Positions 1 to 12,412 are shown, counted from the whole stretch's first letter. The stretch: 63,986 nt of DNA, filler included, from Lama guanicoe (GCA_013239625.1; 80 parts of 78 records of this genome joined end to end with filler, not necessarily neighbours in it); one strand, 5' to 3'. The notes: a model not told the origin generated them from the sequence alone. Translations and numbers: made by a program.

Positions 1-952
1 TCAACCATAGTAGCAAAAAAGTGTGTGGTTCCTTTCGTCGGCTCGTAATAGTTACCTGAATACATGTTTTATCCCCCAGTAACTTCTAAGGACCTTGAGG
101 AAAGAGTCTCTCTTATTTATCATTTAATTCTCACAGGCCTTGACACATTGGAGGAATTCAGAACATTTTATTGAGTAAGTGAATGAAATAAATTTCTGCC
201 ACGGAGGAAGGAAAAAAGGGATACTCTGAAATAGTCTTTCTTTAATTTTATTCATTCAGCAGAGGGTTTGAGCGTGTAATTAAAGAAAGACACCTGGTTA
301 GGTTTGGAGAGCAGGGAGCAAATGGACTCAGACTCAGTTCTCTCAGAAAGCCTAGATTTGCATGGTGGAGGCAGAAATTAAACAGATTCCCACCAATAAA
401 TGTGTTAACACGAGACTCTACGAGGCTCTTGGGTATGAAGAAAAGTGGTGAGATGAGTAATTAAAAGAGGAACACCTGTGTTTGATTGTGGAGCGGTCTG
501 GCAAGGAAGGGTTATTTGAAAAGCTCATTTGAAATGAATTTTGAAAGGTAATTTTGAATTATTTGGAGAGGATGCGAAAGGCAGGAGGAGAGAGAGGAAA
601 AGAAAGGAGAAAAAGAAAAGTTTGTGTGTTGGGCAGGATGGTGTCATATTTCCATGCCGAAGGGATAGGATTTGAGCTTATGAAATTTCAGAGACATGCA
701 GGAGTTTCCTAGAAAGTGAAATAAGTCTGAAAAGTAGGTGGAGGCCAGAAGCACAGGTCTTTTTAGTCCTTTGGGCCTTGTTCAGGCTTCTCATTTTCAA
801 ACCAATCTAGTGTGAGTGGCATCTAGATAGTGGCCTCCAGGCCCTTCTCCCCACTTGTAAAGGGAAGTTTTGGTCTGGACCTGCTTGCCTGTCTTTACAG
901 CCGTGGGGGCTCACGGGGCAGCAGTTTCTGGCCCCTCATCCAGCATCTGCCA

Positions 953-1052
953 NNNNNNNNNNNNNNNNNNNNNNNNNNNNNNNNNNNNNNNNNNNNTTAA
1001 TTAATTAANNNNNNNNNNNNNNNNNNNNNNNNNNNNNNNNNNNNNNNNNNNN
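953..1052. other. Artificial scaffold linker N44-TTAATTAATTAA-N44 (first of about 79 in the window)
   Basis: An identical 100-bp block recurs every 0.5-1.6 kb. The palindromic TTAATTAATTAA gives stop codons in all six frames and explains the many ORFs ending in 'XXX..LIN'. Confidence 0.97.
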
Positions 1053-2242
1053 TTTTACAGAAAATCCCAGTGACATAGGCTGCCTCCCTAAGGTCAGGGA
1101 AAATATCTCTGGGACTTTCCCCGAACCGGGAACACTTGTGACTAAAGATGGCTGCGTGGAGTTGTCTTTCGAGCTCCCCCACTGACTGATTATGGTTCCG
1201 GAATCCTGAGCGTGGGTAGGTTCCACCAAAGGTCGGCAGGACGTACGTTCAAACGGAATGCCTATGCTCATCTGAACTGAAAGTTTTCCTAATACCTNNN
1301 NNNNNNNNNNNNNNNNNNNNNNNNNNNNNNNNNNNNNNNNNNNNNNNNNNNNNNNNNNNNNNNNNNNNNNNNNNNNNNNNNNNNNNNNNNNNNNNNNNNN
1401 NNNNNNNNNNNNNNNNNNNNNNNNNNNNNNNNNNNNNNNNNNNNNNNNNNNNNNNNNNNNNNNNNNNNNNNNNNNNNNNNNNNNNNNNNNNNNNNNNNNN
1501 NNNNNNNNNNNNNNNNNNNNNNNNNNNNNNNNNNNNNNNNNNNNNNNNNNNNNNNNNNNNNNNNNNNNNNNNNNNNNNNNNNNNNNNNNNNNNNNNTTAC
1601 AGGAATTCCCAGAGGCAGAGGTTGCCTCCCAAAGGTCAGGGAAGATATTTCTCCGACTTCCACTGAACCGGGAACACCTGTGACTGAAGAGAGCTGCATG
1701 GAGTTGTCTCTCGAACTCCCCCACACAGTGACCATTTTTCCGGAAACCTGAGCGTCTAGCGGTTCCATCAATTGTCGGCAGCACATGGGTTCTAAGGGAA
1801 TGCCTAAGATCGTCACACCTGAGGGTTTTCCTAACGTCTCTGTGCCAGGGAATGCTAGGGGTGTTTGCAGGAATTCCCAGGGACAGAGGCTGCCTCCCCA
1901 AGGTCAGGGAAGTTTTTTCTCGGACTTCCCCAAACAGGGAACACCTNNNNNNNNNNNNNNNNNNNNNNNNNNNNNNNNNNNNNNNNNNNNNNNNNNNNNN
2001 NNNNNNNNNNNNNNNNNNNNNNNNNNNNNNNNNNNNNNNNNNNNNNNNNNNNNNNNNNNNNNNNTTACTAAGCTCTCCCCGGAGGGTTTTGCTAAGTTCT
2101 GGCTACCAGTGAATGCTAGGGATCTGCGCTGGAATGCCCAGGTCCAGTAGCAACAAGCTCAAGTATTGAGAAGATATTTCTCGGAATTCCCCTGAACAGG
2201 GAACACCTGTGACTGAAGAGAACTGCGTGGAGATGTCTCTCG
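1053..2242 (+). repeat. 267-bp GC-rich satellite, subfamily 1 (heterogeneous monomers, gapped)
   Basis: Recurrent motifs GGGAACACCTGTGACTGAAGAGAGCTGCGTGGAG and GGCTGCCTCCCCAAGGTCAGGGAA are shared with 6215-7131 and 47456-49981. Confidence 0.92.
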
Positions 2243-2342
2243 NNNNNNNNNNNNNNNNNNNNNNNNNNNNNNNNNNNNNNNNNNNNTTAATTAATTAANN
2301 NNNNNNNNNNNNNNNNNNNNNNNNNNNNNNNNNNNNNNNNNN

Positions 2343-3234
2343 ATACTGAATATAGAATTTAGAATATACAATGTAGAACACAAAATTTAGAGTATAGAAT
2401 ACAAAAGGCTGAATATAGAATTTACAACATAGAGCGTAGAACACAGAATATAGAAAATAGAAAAGAGAATATAAAACACAGAATTTAAATCATGGAATGC
2501 GGAACACAGAATTTAGAATATAGAATAATTAATACTGAATATAGAATTTAGAATATACAATGTAGAACACAAAATTTAGAGTATAGAATACAAAAGGCTG
2601 AATATAGAATTTACAACATAGAGCGTAGAACACAGAATATAGAAAATAGAAAAGAGAATATAAAACACAGAATTTAAATCATGGAATGCGGAACACAGAA
2701 TTTAGAATATAGAATACAGAATACTGAATATAGAGTTAAGAATAAAGTATGTAGAACACAGAATATAGAATGTAAAATACAGAATATAGAATCCAGTATA
2801 AAGAACATGCTATGCAGAACACAGAATTTGGAATATAGATTACATAATACTGAATATAGAATTTAGAATATAGAATGTAGAACACATAATTTATAATCTA
2901 GAATACAGAAAGCTGAATATAGAATTTAGAATATAGAATATAGAACACAGTATAAACTATATAGAGTACGGAATGCAGAATATAGAATGTAGAATATATA
3001 ATGAAAACACAAAATATACAATACAGAATAGAGAATATAGAAGCCAGAATTTAGAACATGGAATGCAGAACACAGAATTTAGAATATAGAACACAAAATA
3101 CTGAATATAGAATTTAGAATATAGAATGTAGAATACACAATATAGAATATAGTATACGGAATGAAGTATATAGAATGTAGAATAAAGAATGAATAACACA
3201 GAATATAGAATATAGAATATCTAATACAGAAAAT
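2343..3234 (+). repeat. AT-rich heptamer-derived satellite ((TAGAATA/CAGAATA)n variants)
   Basis: 7-bp periodicity with landmark CATGGAATGCAGAACACAGAATTTAGAATA. Contains a near-exact 189-bp (27 x 7) tandem copy starting at 2343 and 2532. Confidence 0.93.
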
Positions 3235-3334
3235 NNNNNNNNNNNNNNNNNNNNNNNNNNNNNNNNNNNNNNNNNNNNTTAATTAATTAANNNNNNNNNN
3301 NNNNNNNNNNNNNNNNNNNNNNNNNNNNNNNNNN

Positions 3335-4478
3335 CCACCGGTTCTCCATACACTATTGCAGAGCCACAATGAACAAAATGACATGGGATATTCATACAGA
3401 AAGAGGCATATGGACCAAAAGAACAGAATAGAAGGCCTAGGAATAAATTTACAGGCCTACGTTCTATTAATCTTTGACAGAGTAGCCAGGAATATGACAG
3501 AGAAAAGACCATCTCTTCACCAAATGGTTTTGGGAATCTGGATAGCAGCATGCAGAGCAATGGAGTTAGAACACTCCTTCACTCCATACACAAGAATAAA
3601 CTCAAAATGGCTTGAAGACTTAAATGTAAGGCAAGACACAGTAAATCTCCTAGAAGAAAATATTGGCAAAACACTCTGAGATAAATCTCAGGAATGATCT
3701 CTTAGAACAGACTACCTAGGTAATGAATGTAAGAATATAATTAATAAATGGGACCTAATAAAACTTATAAGCTTTTGCACAGCAAAGGGAACCATAAACA
3801 AAGCAAAATGACAACCTGCAGTATTAAAGAAANNNNNNNNNNNNNNNNNNNNNNNNNNNNNNNNNNNNNNNNNNNNNNNNNNNNNNNNNNNNNNNNNNNN
3901 NNNNNNNNNNNNNNNNNNNNNNNNNNNNNNNNNNNNNNNNNNNNNNNNNNNNNNNNNNNNNNNNNNNNNNNNNNNNNNNNNNNNNNNNNNNNNNNNNNNN
4001 NNNNNNNNNNNNNNATTATCAGAGCAATTCGAAACTCTAATGAAGTATCACCTCACAATAGTCACAATGGTCATCATTCAAAATTCCACAAACATTAAAT
4101 CCTGGGGTATTTGTGGAGAAAGATGACCCTCCTACACTGTTGGAAAGAATGTAGTTTGGTGCAGTCATTGTGAAAACCAGGGTGGGGATTCCTCAAAAGA
4201 ATAAAAATAGGCTTAACATACGATCCAGCAATCACAATTCTGGGTATAAACCAAAGTGAACCCAAATTCAAAAAGACACCTGTACCCCAATGTTATTTGC
4301 AGTGCTATATACAACAGCCACGACATGGAAGCAACCTAATTGTCCAACAACAGATAACAGTATTCAGAAGTCATCCCGTATTTACAAAATGGAATACTTT
4401 TCTGCAATAAAAAATGATAAAACAATGATGTTTGCAGCAAAATGGATGTCCCCAAAAAGTGTCATCTAATTGAAGTAA
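3335..4478 (+). mobile_element. LINE-1 ORF2 C-terminal fragment, decayed
   Basis: Translation HMDQKNRIE...FDRVARN...TPYTRINSKWLEDLNVR..LLEENIGKTL is typical of L1 ORF2p. Stops and frameshifts are present. Confidence 0.92.
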
Positions 4479-4578
4479 NNNNNNNNNNNNNNNNNNNNNN
4501 NNNNNNNNNNNNNNNNNNNNNNTTAATTAATTAANNNNNNNNNNNNNNNNNNNNNNNNNNNNNNNNNNNNNNNNNNNN

Positions 4579-5294
4579 GAGCCCAACCCACCCTTTCCCC
4601 AGCACTCCGTATCAGGCAACCAATCCGTGTAGGCAAGTTAACCGATTTTATAAGAACCAAGGCCATGCTCTCAGTTGGAGGAGGCTGCCCACTCTCAGGA
4701 TAACTGTGCAAGTGTTCNNNNNNNNNNNNNNNNNNNNNNNNNNNNNNNNNNNNNNNNNNNNNNNNNNNNNNNNNNNNNNCAGGTTAGGGATGTAGTTTAA
4801 ACACCTCCACAAACCATAGAGAGGTCATCGCAAATACTTGGTTTCGGAGCCCAAACCACACTGTCCCCCGCACTCCCGCCTAGGCTTTCCATCAGGGAAG
4901 ACAAGCAAAGGGATTCAATTAGAACCCAGGCGCTGCTGTCAGTTGGAGGAACTTCCCTGCACTCAGAATTCCAGAACACATTCTTAGGTGCGTGAGAGAT
5001 GTGCAGCCCCACTCCACTCAGATGAATGGAGGAAAATTTGCTCCGTTTAGGGAGAAGTCCTCTAAGTACTTCCTCACTGGGTCAGGGGGCACTCACTGCT
5101 ACCAGGCCTCGAAGTCCAACCCCCAGCTTTCCCTCATGGCCTGGCCTAAAGGAACACTCAGGGAACAGAAGCTAAGGTATACTAGTAGAACCCAGGTGCT
5201 GCTGTCAGTTTGAGGAACCTTCCCACACTCAGAATACAAGAACAATTCTTCGCGTGTGGGCTGGATGTAGGGAAACAGTCAAAGCATCTTTCAG
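4579..5294 (-). repeat. 267-bp satellite, divergent subfamily 2
   Basis: AGAACCCAGG(C/T)GCTGCTGTCAGTT at 4921 and 5187 (period 266). The reverse complement aligns with subfamily 1. Confidence 0.82.
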
Positions 5295-5394
5295 NNNNNN
5301 NNNNNNNNNNNNNNNNNNNNNNNNNNNNNNNNNNNNNNTTAATTAATTAANNNNNNNNNNNNNNNNNNNNNNNNNNNNNNNNNNNNNNNNNNNN

Positions 5395-6114
5395 TATTCT
5401 ACATTCTATATTCTGAATCCTTTATTCTATATTCTGTGTTCTGCATTATATATACTATATTCTATATTCTGTATTCTATATTCTGTATTCTACTTCCTGT
5501 ATTCTAAATTCTATATTCTGTATTCCATATTCTATATTCAAAATTCTGGGTTCTGCATTCCATGTTCTAAATTCTGGGTTCTGCATTCTTTATTCTATAT
5601 TTTATATACTGAATTGTACATTCTGCATTGTACATTCTTTATTCTGTATTCTACATTCTAAATTCTGAGATCTGAAATCCATGTTCTATATTCTGGGATA
5701 TGGGTTCTGTATTCTGTATTCTGTATTCTCTATTCTGTATTCTACTGTCTATATTCTACATTCTATTCCTGTATTCTATATTCTGTGTTCTGCATTCCAT
5801 GTTCTAAATTCTGGCTTCTGAATTCTGTATTCTATATTCTATTTTCTGAGTTTAAATTATATATAACTTACTCTATATTCTGCGTTACATGTTCTAAATT
5901 CTGGGTTCTGTATTCTGTATTCTGTATTCTCTATTCTGTGTTCTTCTGTCTATATTCTACATTCTATTCCTGTATTCTATATTCTATATTCTGTGTTCTG
6001 CATTCCATGTTCTAATTTCTGGGTTCTGAATTCTGTATTTTGTATACTATATTCTGTGTTCTACGTTCTATAGTCTTCGTTCTATATTGAATATTCTATA
6101 TTCTTTATTCTGTG
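5395..6114 (-). repeat. AT-rich heptamer-derived satellite
   Basis: (TATTCTA/TATTCTG)n with TTCTGCATTCCATGTTCTAAATTC landmarks; reverse complement of the 2343-3234 type. Confidence 0.93.
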
Positions 6115-6214
6115 NNNNNNNNNNNNNNNNNNNNNNNNNNNNNNNNNNNNNNNNNNNNTTAATTAATTAANNNNNNNNNNNNNNNNNNNNNNNNNNNNNN
6201 NNNNNNNNNNNNNN

Positions 6215-7131
6215 CGCACTGACAATGTTTCCAGAATCCTGAGGGTGGGGAGGTTCCACCAAATGTCGGCAGCGTGTGGGTTCTAACTGAATGCCTATGC
6301 TCGACTCCCCTGTGTTTTTTCCTAGTGTCTCTGTCCCAGGGAATGCTAGGGGGGTTTGCAGGAAATCCCAGTGACTGAGGCTGCCTCCCCAAGGTCAGGG
6401 AAGCTATTTCTCAGAATTCCCCCTAACAGGGAACACCTGTGACTGAAGAGAGCTGCGTGGAGTTGTCTCTCGAGCTCCCCTACGCACTGACAATGGTTCC
6501 GGAATCCTGAGCGTGGGGAGGTTCCACCAACGTTCGGCAGCACGTGGGTTCTAACGGAATGCTTAAGCTCGACTCCCCTGGTTTTTTTCCTACTTTCTCT
6601 GTGCCAGGGAATGCTAGGGGTGTTGGCCGGAAATCCCAGTGACAGAGGCTCCCTCCCCAAGGTCAGGGAAGCTATTTCTCAGAATTCCCCCTAACAGGGA
6701 ACATCTGTGACTGAAGAGAGCTGCGTGGAATTGTCTCTTGAGCTACCCACGCACCTACAATGGTCCCGGAATCCTGAGCGTGGGGAGGTTCCACCAACGG
6801 TCGGCAGCCCTTGGGTTCAAACGGAATGCCTAAAACTCCCCTGTGTTTTTTCGTAATGTCTCTGTTCCAGGGAATGCTTGTTGGGTTTGCAGGCAATCCC
6901 AGTGACAGAGGATGCCTCCCCAAGTTCAGGGAAGTTATTTCTCGGACGTCCCCGTTCAGGAAACCCCTGTGACAGAAAAGAGCTGCGTGGAGTTGTCTCT
7001 CGAGCTCCCCCAACGACTGACAATGGTTGCGGAATCCTGAGCGTTGGGAGGTTCCACCAGCGGTCAGCCGCGCGTGAGTTCAAACGGAATGACTAAGCTC
7101 GACTCCCCTGGGTTTTTTCCTAATGTCTCTG
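6215..7131 (+). repeat. 267-bp GC-rich satellite, subfamily 1 (about 3.4 homogeneous monomers)
   Basis: GGGAATGCTAGG at 6339 and 6607 (period 268, with T-run variation). Monomers are highly similar. Confidence 0.95.
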
Positions 7132-7231
7132 NNNNNNNNNNNNNNNNNNNNNNNNNNNNNNNNNNNNNNNNNNNNTTAATTAATTAANNNNNNNNNNNNN
7201 NNNNNNNNNNNNNNNNNNNNNNNNNNNNNNN

Positions 7232-7650
7232 AAAACTAACTCAAAGTGAGTCACAGACCTATACATAAAATAAACTGTAAAACTTCTAGGAGAAACATAT
7301 GAAAAAAATTGTTGTTCAATTAAGCAAAGACTTTTAGATAAAACAGTAAATACCTGATACATTTTTTAAAATGATGAAATGCCATTCACAAAAACTAAAA
7401 ATTTCTCCTCTTAGAAAGACACTATTAAGAATATGACTAGCCATAAACTGGGAGAAAATAATTTTGAATCACATATCTGACAAAAGTCTTGTACCCAGAC
7501 TATATAAAGAATTATCAAAACTCAGTAACACATATTTCACCAAGGAAGATAAACAGATAGCAACACACAAATGATTTTCCACATAATTAGCTTGAGATAT
7601 ATGAAAATTACAATCATAAAGGGAAAACACTACATACTTACTAGCCAACA
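7232..7650 (+). mobile_element. Old LINE-1 (L1M-type) ORF2 3' fragment
   Basis: AAACTGTAAAACTTCTAGGAGAAA...CTGGGAGAAAATAATTTTGAATCACATATCTGACAAAAGTCTTGTACCCAGA resembles the L1 ORF2 3' region. Confidence 0.75.
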
Positions 7651-9506
7651 TTATTAATAGTGAATAATTGGGAAATTATATGATATGATAAATTAAGATA
7701 TGTTTAAATTTAAAAAAGTTTATCTTTTTATTGTCATGAAATATACATAACAAAATACACAATTTTACAATTTTGATCATTTTTTTAAGTGTAAAATTCA
7801 ACAGAATTAATACACTCATTTTGTTGTACAACTACAAAAGCTTGTTTTGTATCCGATTATCAGATGTGGTTGCAAATTTTTATGTAATCATGAGAAACAC
7901 TGTCTACATATTTACAGAAAGGAGTATCTGGAAAGATAAGGCCTCTAATGTAAGCAGTCACCTTGGATAATGTTATAAACTATTACTTTTTCTTACCTGA
8001 TTGAAATTCTCCACTAATAATAAACATTCATAAAATAAAGGATTTTATTCAAATAATAAAGAATTACAATATTCAAAATGTCTTATTATATGTGAGGTTT
8101 TTTTAATGAGCTGTGTAATTGAAATGCTACAGCTGNNNNNNNNNNNNNNNNNNNNNNNNNNNNNNNNNNNNNNNNNNNNTTAATTAATTAANNNNNNNNN
8201 NNNNNNNNNNNNNNNNNNNNNNNNNNNNNNNNNNNGTTAATTAATGCTCCGGTTCCATAACTGCCTAGGTTTTGAGCAGTCTAGCCAAACCTCACTTTAC
8301 CTCCAAGTTCTGCTATTTTTAAAACAGAATACTAGCTTTCTTGGTGGGGGGGGATACATGTATTGTGTTCAGCCCATGTTTAACAAGTTGCCTGGCATTT
8401 ATAAGTTGATCAATAAACAGTTAGTGAATAAATAAATAGAAGAATGGCTGCGTGAGCATTCTAGTTGTTCTACTGAACTTTGTGGAAGCTGCAGTTTTCG
8501 AGATGTGACAAGACCTCCCATTTATAAGACGCCAATTCGTACGTCCATCAGAATTTTCAGCAATGTTTTCATTACAATGATTACCTGTCCTATTGGATTT
8601 AATTATGTATCATTAAGGCATTGGAAGAAACACTTTAAAATGCTTAAGGAAAGTGAATATCCAAATGAAAAGGCTCTCTCAGAATGTAAATGTGGATAAT
8701 TCATTATCTCTAGCAACATATTTANNNNNNNNNNNNNNNNNNNNNNNNNNNNNNNNNNNNNNNNNNNNTTAATTAATTAANNNNNNNNNNNNNNNNNNNN
8801 NNNNNNNNNNNNNNNNNNNNNNNNCCTGTTTCCAGGGGTTCTGCGGCCTCATCCTGTCCTTGGAAGTAGCAGATCTCTCTTTGGCAAGTGTCCTGTTCCA
8901 AGGGCTGTGTGAGTGGATGTTTCCATTGCTTTGTACATGGGAGCGTGTGAGCGCAGGTTGCACTGCTTCTCTGCCAACTGGGCATCGATGAATCAACACT
9001 TTCCAGATACATTTCACAGAAATGTGATTTTTGTTTAGCTCTTTGTTTCTATACAGCCGTGGTGGGAGGGATTGTCTGAACACTACAGTTTTGACATTGT
9101 GTTGATATCTCATTTGCAGCTTTTAAAAGGTTTAATAGAATTGATTTACATGTTTTGGGAGGTATACGAAGATGAAGTTAGTTTTGAAACATACTAAATG
9201 GACCTAGAAACCAGTATTGTCATTTTCGTTAACATTTTGTCAGCTGTAAGGAAAACATAGACAGATAGAATGCAAAGTAGCAGTCCAAACTGCTAAAGGG
9301 GTCATGTCAACTCTTTCCTTTTGAAGCCTTCGAAACCAACAGGAACCATGAAATAAGTATTGGAAACATAAAATAACCCCCAACCTTGGATTCACTTGTG
9401 CAAGTGNNNNNNNNNNNNNNNNNNNNNNNNNNNNNNNNNNNNNNNNNNNNTTAATTAATTAANNNNNNNNNNNNNNNNNNNNNNNNNNNNNNNNNNNNNN
9501 NNNNNN

Positions 9507-9823
9507 TGAAACCTGATCTTCCAGTGTGATGGTGTTGGGAGGTGGGGCCTTTGGGGGGTGATTAGGATAAAATGAGATCATGAGTGTAGAGCACTCATGA
9601 ATGGCATTTGTGCCCTTATAAGGGGCCCCAGAGAGCTTGCCTCTCTCTGCTCTCTGCCCCATGAAGAACATGGGGAGACAGCCATCTTCAAGCCATGAAT
9701 CCAGTCCTTTCCCAGATACCCTGACCTTGAAAGTCTCAGCCTCCAAAACTTGAGGAATATGCTGGTTGTTTAAGCCACCTGACCCATGGTGATTTTTTAC
9801 AGCATCCCAGACTGACGAAGACA
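9507..9823 (+). mobile_element. ERVL-MaLR LTR (MLT1-type)
   Basis: GGAGGTGGGGCCTTTGGG...GATTAGG, TTGTTTAAGCCACC and the 3' terminus GACTGACGAAGACA are characteristic of MLT1. Confidence 0.8.
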
Positions 9824-10078
9824 GTGGAGAATGCCTCCGAGTTTGGAACTGACTGCCTTGAGAATGCTGAAACCCTGGGAAGTGGGCAGCACAGACGTTA
9901 ACTCACTTAATCCTGCAAGCACAGTAGGGGATAGTCTACATATTCCTCACCACTTAAAAGGTAAGGAAAAAGAGGCACNNNNNNNNNNNNNNNNNNNNNN
10001 NNNNNNNNNNNNNNNNNNNNNNTTAATTAATTAANNNNNNNNNNNNNNNNNNNNNNNNNNNNNNNNNNNNNNNNNNNN

Positions 10079-10715
10079 TGTGTTCTACATTCTATATTCT
10101 AATTCTATATTCAGTATTCTGTATTCTGTATTCTAAATTTTATTTTCTGCATTCCATGCTCTTAAATCGGGGTTCTATATTCTCTATTCTCTATTCTATA
10201 TTCTGTGTTACAGATTCTATATTCTAAATTCTATATTCAGTATTCAGTATTCTATATTCTAAATTCTGTCTTCTGCATTATATGTTCTAAATTCAATATT
10301 CAGGATTCNNNNNNNNNNNNNNNNNNNNNNNNNNNNNNNNNNNNNNNNNNNNNNNNNNNNNNNNNNNNNNNNNNNNNNNNNNNNNNNNNNNNNNNNNNNN
10401 NNNNNNNNNNNNNNNNNNNNNNNNNNNNNNNNNNNNNNNNNNNNNNNNNNNNNNNNNNNNNNNNNNNNNNNNNNNNNNNNNNCCATAGTCTATGTGTGCT
10501 ACATTCTATATTCTGTATTCTATATTCTGCATTCCGAATTCTAAATTGTATATTCTGTATTCTACATTCTATATGCTAAATTCTCTATTCAGTATTCATA
10601 TACTATTTTCTAAATTGTGTGTTCTGCATTCCATGTGCTTAATTCTGTATTCTGTAATCTGTATTGTATGTTCTGTGTTCAACATTCTATATTCTAAATT
10701 CTATATTCAGTATTC
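10079..10715 (-). repeat. AT-rich heptamer-derived satellite
   Basis: (TATTCTA)n-like periodicity with family landmarks. Confidence 0.92.
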
Positions 10716-10815
10716 NNNNNNNNNNNNNNNNNNNNNNNNNNNNNNNNNNNNNNNNNNNNTTAATTAATTAANNNNNNNNNNNNNNNNNNNNNNNNNNNNN
10801 NNNNNNNNNNNNNNN

Positions 10816-11410
10816 TGTATGTTTTATACAGAAAATTGATTCAGATATAACTATTCAGTTCCTAGGGACATTTATTTTAATTGGATTGTTTGGTCTTTCT
10901 GTTTTTGTTTTAGGGTAATACTTTGCCATATATTTTGGATATTAACACTTGATTGGAAAATATCCCTTGAAATATATTCTCGCATTGTGTTGATTGGCTT
11001 TTCATTTTATTGATCATTTTTTCTGCAGTGTAAATCAGTTTAGAGTGATACAATCATATTTTGTTAGTTTTGCTTCTGCTTCCCTTACCAGAGGAGACAT
11101 ATGAAGAAAATGAAGAATCATGCCAATGCCAGAGTGTAATTCTTATCTTTTACCCTAGGTTTTTTTTTTCAGGTTTTATGTTTTATATGTCCAGGAGTGG
11201 GATTTCTGGGTCATAAAATAAGTGTATTTTTATTTTTTAAAGTAACTTCCATAGTGTTTCTAAAGTGGTTGCACCAATTTTTATTCCCATCAACAGCGTT
11301 GGAGAGTCTCTTTTTGTCCACAACTTCCCAGATTTTATTATTTGTAGACATTTGGATGACTGCCCTTTTCATTAGTGTGAGGTTAAACATTATTTTATTT
11401 TTGTCTTGCC
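10816..11410 (-). mobile_element. LINE-1 ORF2 3' region, antisense, rearranged
   Basis: T-rich antisense L1 motifs such as CCAGGAGTGGGATTTCTGGGTCATA and GTGGTTGCACCAATTTTTATTCCCATCAACAG. Confidence 0.75.
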
Positions 11411-11510
11411 NNNNNNNNNNNNNNNNNNNNNNNNNNNNNNNNNNNNNNNNNNNNTTAATTAATTAANNNNNNNNNNNNNNNNNNNNNNNNNNNNNNNNNN
11501 NNNNNNNNNN

Positions 11511-12201
11511 CCGCCCCTCCGGCGAACCCGGCCCTGGGAGGCCAGCAGCGGTTGGGAGCTGCAGAGCTCGGCTGCTCACTGGGCCAGACCAGCTCTCTTT
11601 GAGACCCGCCCGCCCGGCCCGACTCCGGCTCTCCGGTCTGGCTTCATTCGGGTCTTGCGGGCCGGTGTTGCTTCCGCTGTCCAGTCAGCTCTCATTCAGC
11701 TCCTCCGTTCCCGCGGCATCTCTCAGTTTGAGAAGGAACGCAGGCGCTCACGGGGAACCTCACTGCGCGTGCGCAGCGCAGCTGAGGCGGACGGGCCACA
11801 GCCATTACCCGCCTGAAGGCTGGGAGGTTCCAGAGCTCGGGGAACGGAGGGGCCGCACGCGCGCCGCGCCCCGCCTGCCTCCGCGCGGGAGGGTGGAGAG
11901 GGGAAGGGTCGGCCCGTGTTGCCTCGGTGCTGTGGGTCCAGTGATGTCCGCCTCGCGCGCGCCGGGGCGGCGAGGCGGCTCCGGCGTGCTGTGACTCCCC
12001 GCCCCCCCCGCCCCTCCGGCGGCGGGAGGCAGACGGTGCGCTGCGCAGGCGCGCCCGGCTGAGACCGCCCCCCCTCAACCCCCGAACTACCCCCTGCTAG
12101 GGGCGGCCCAAGGTGGGCCGGGGCAGGCGGCGACGGCCTCCAGCTACCCCCGCCCCCGGCCAAGCGGCAACTGCCAAGGAGCCGGCGACGGGCGGAACCG
12201 C
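11511..12201. promoter_or_regulatory. CpG island / promoter-like segment of an unidentified gene
   Basis: Very high GC and CpG density. NRF1-like TGCGCGTGCGCA (11764-11775) and TGCGCAGGCGC (12042-12052), GC boxes (CCCCGCCCC near 12000) and ETS-like CTTCCG. Confidence 0.75.
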
Positions 12202-12301
12202 NNNNNNNNNNNNNNNNNNNNNNNNNNNNNNNNNNNNNNNNNNNNTTAATTAATTAANNNNNNNNNNNNNNNNNNNNNNNNNNNNNNNNNNNNNNNNNNN
12301 N

Positions 12302-12412
12302 GGGCATCACCCTCATTACCTCCTAATCACCTGCCAAATGGCCCCCTTCCCGATACCATCACGTTGGGGATTAGGCGTCAACATATGAATACACAAACAT
12401 GCAGCCCGTAGC
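12302..12412 (-). mobile_element. MLT1-type LTR end
   Basis: CCTAATCACCTGCCAAATGGCCCC...ATACCATCACGTTGGGGATTAGG...CAACATATGAAT...ACAAACATGCAGCCCGTAGCA. Confidence 0.65.

Noticed and set aside
1005..2150. Long ORFs in the 267-bp and 249-bp satellites (MGRQPLSLG..., MQEKHLLWF...)
   Set aside because: They are satellite translations inflated by N runs, with no protein-family resemblance.
2681..6015. Hydrophobic 'FYILYS' and 'IQNTEYR' ORFs (also at about 10.2, 16.4, 31.3, 51, 58 and 60 kb)
   Set aside because: These are translations of the heptamer satellite and are not genes.
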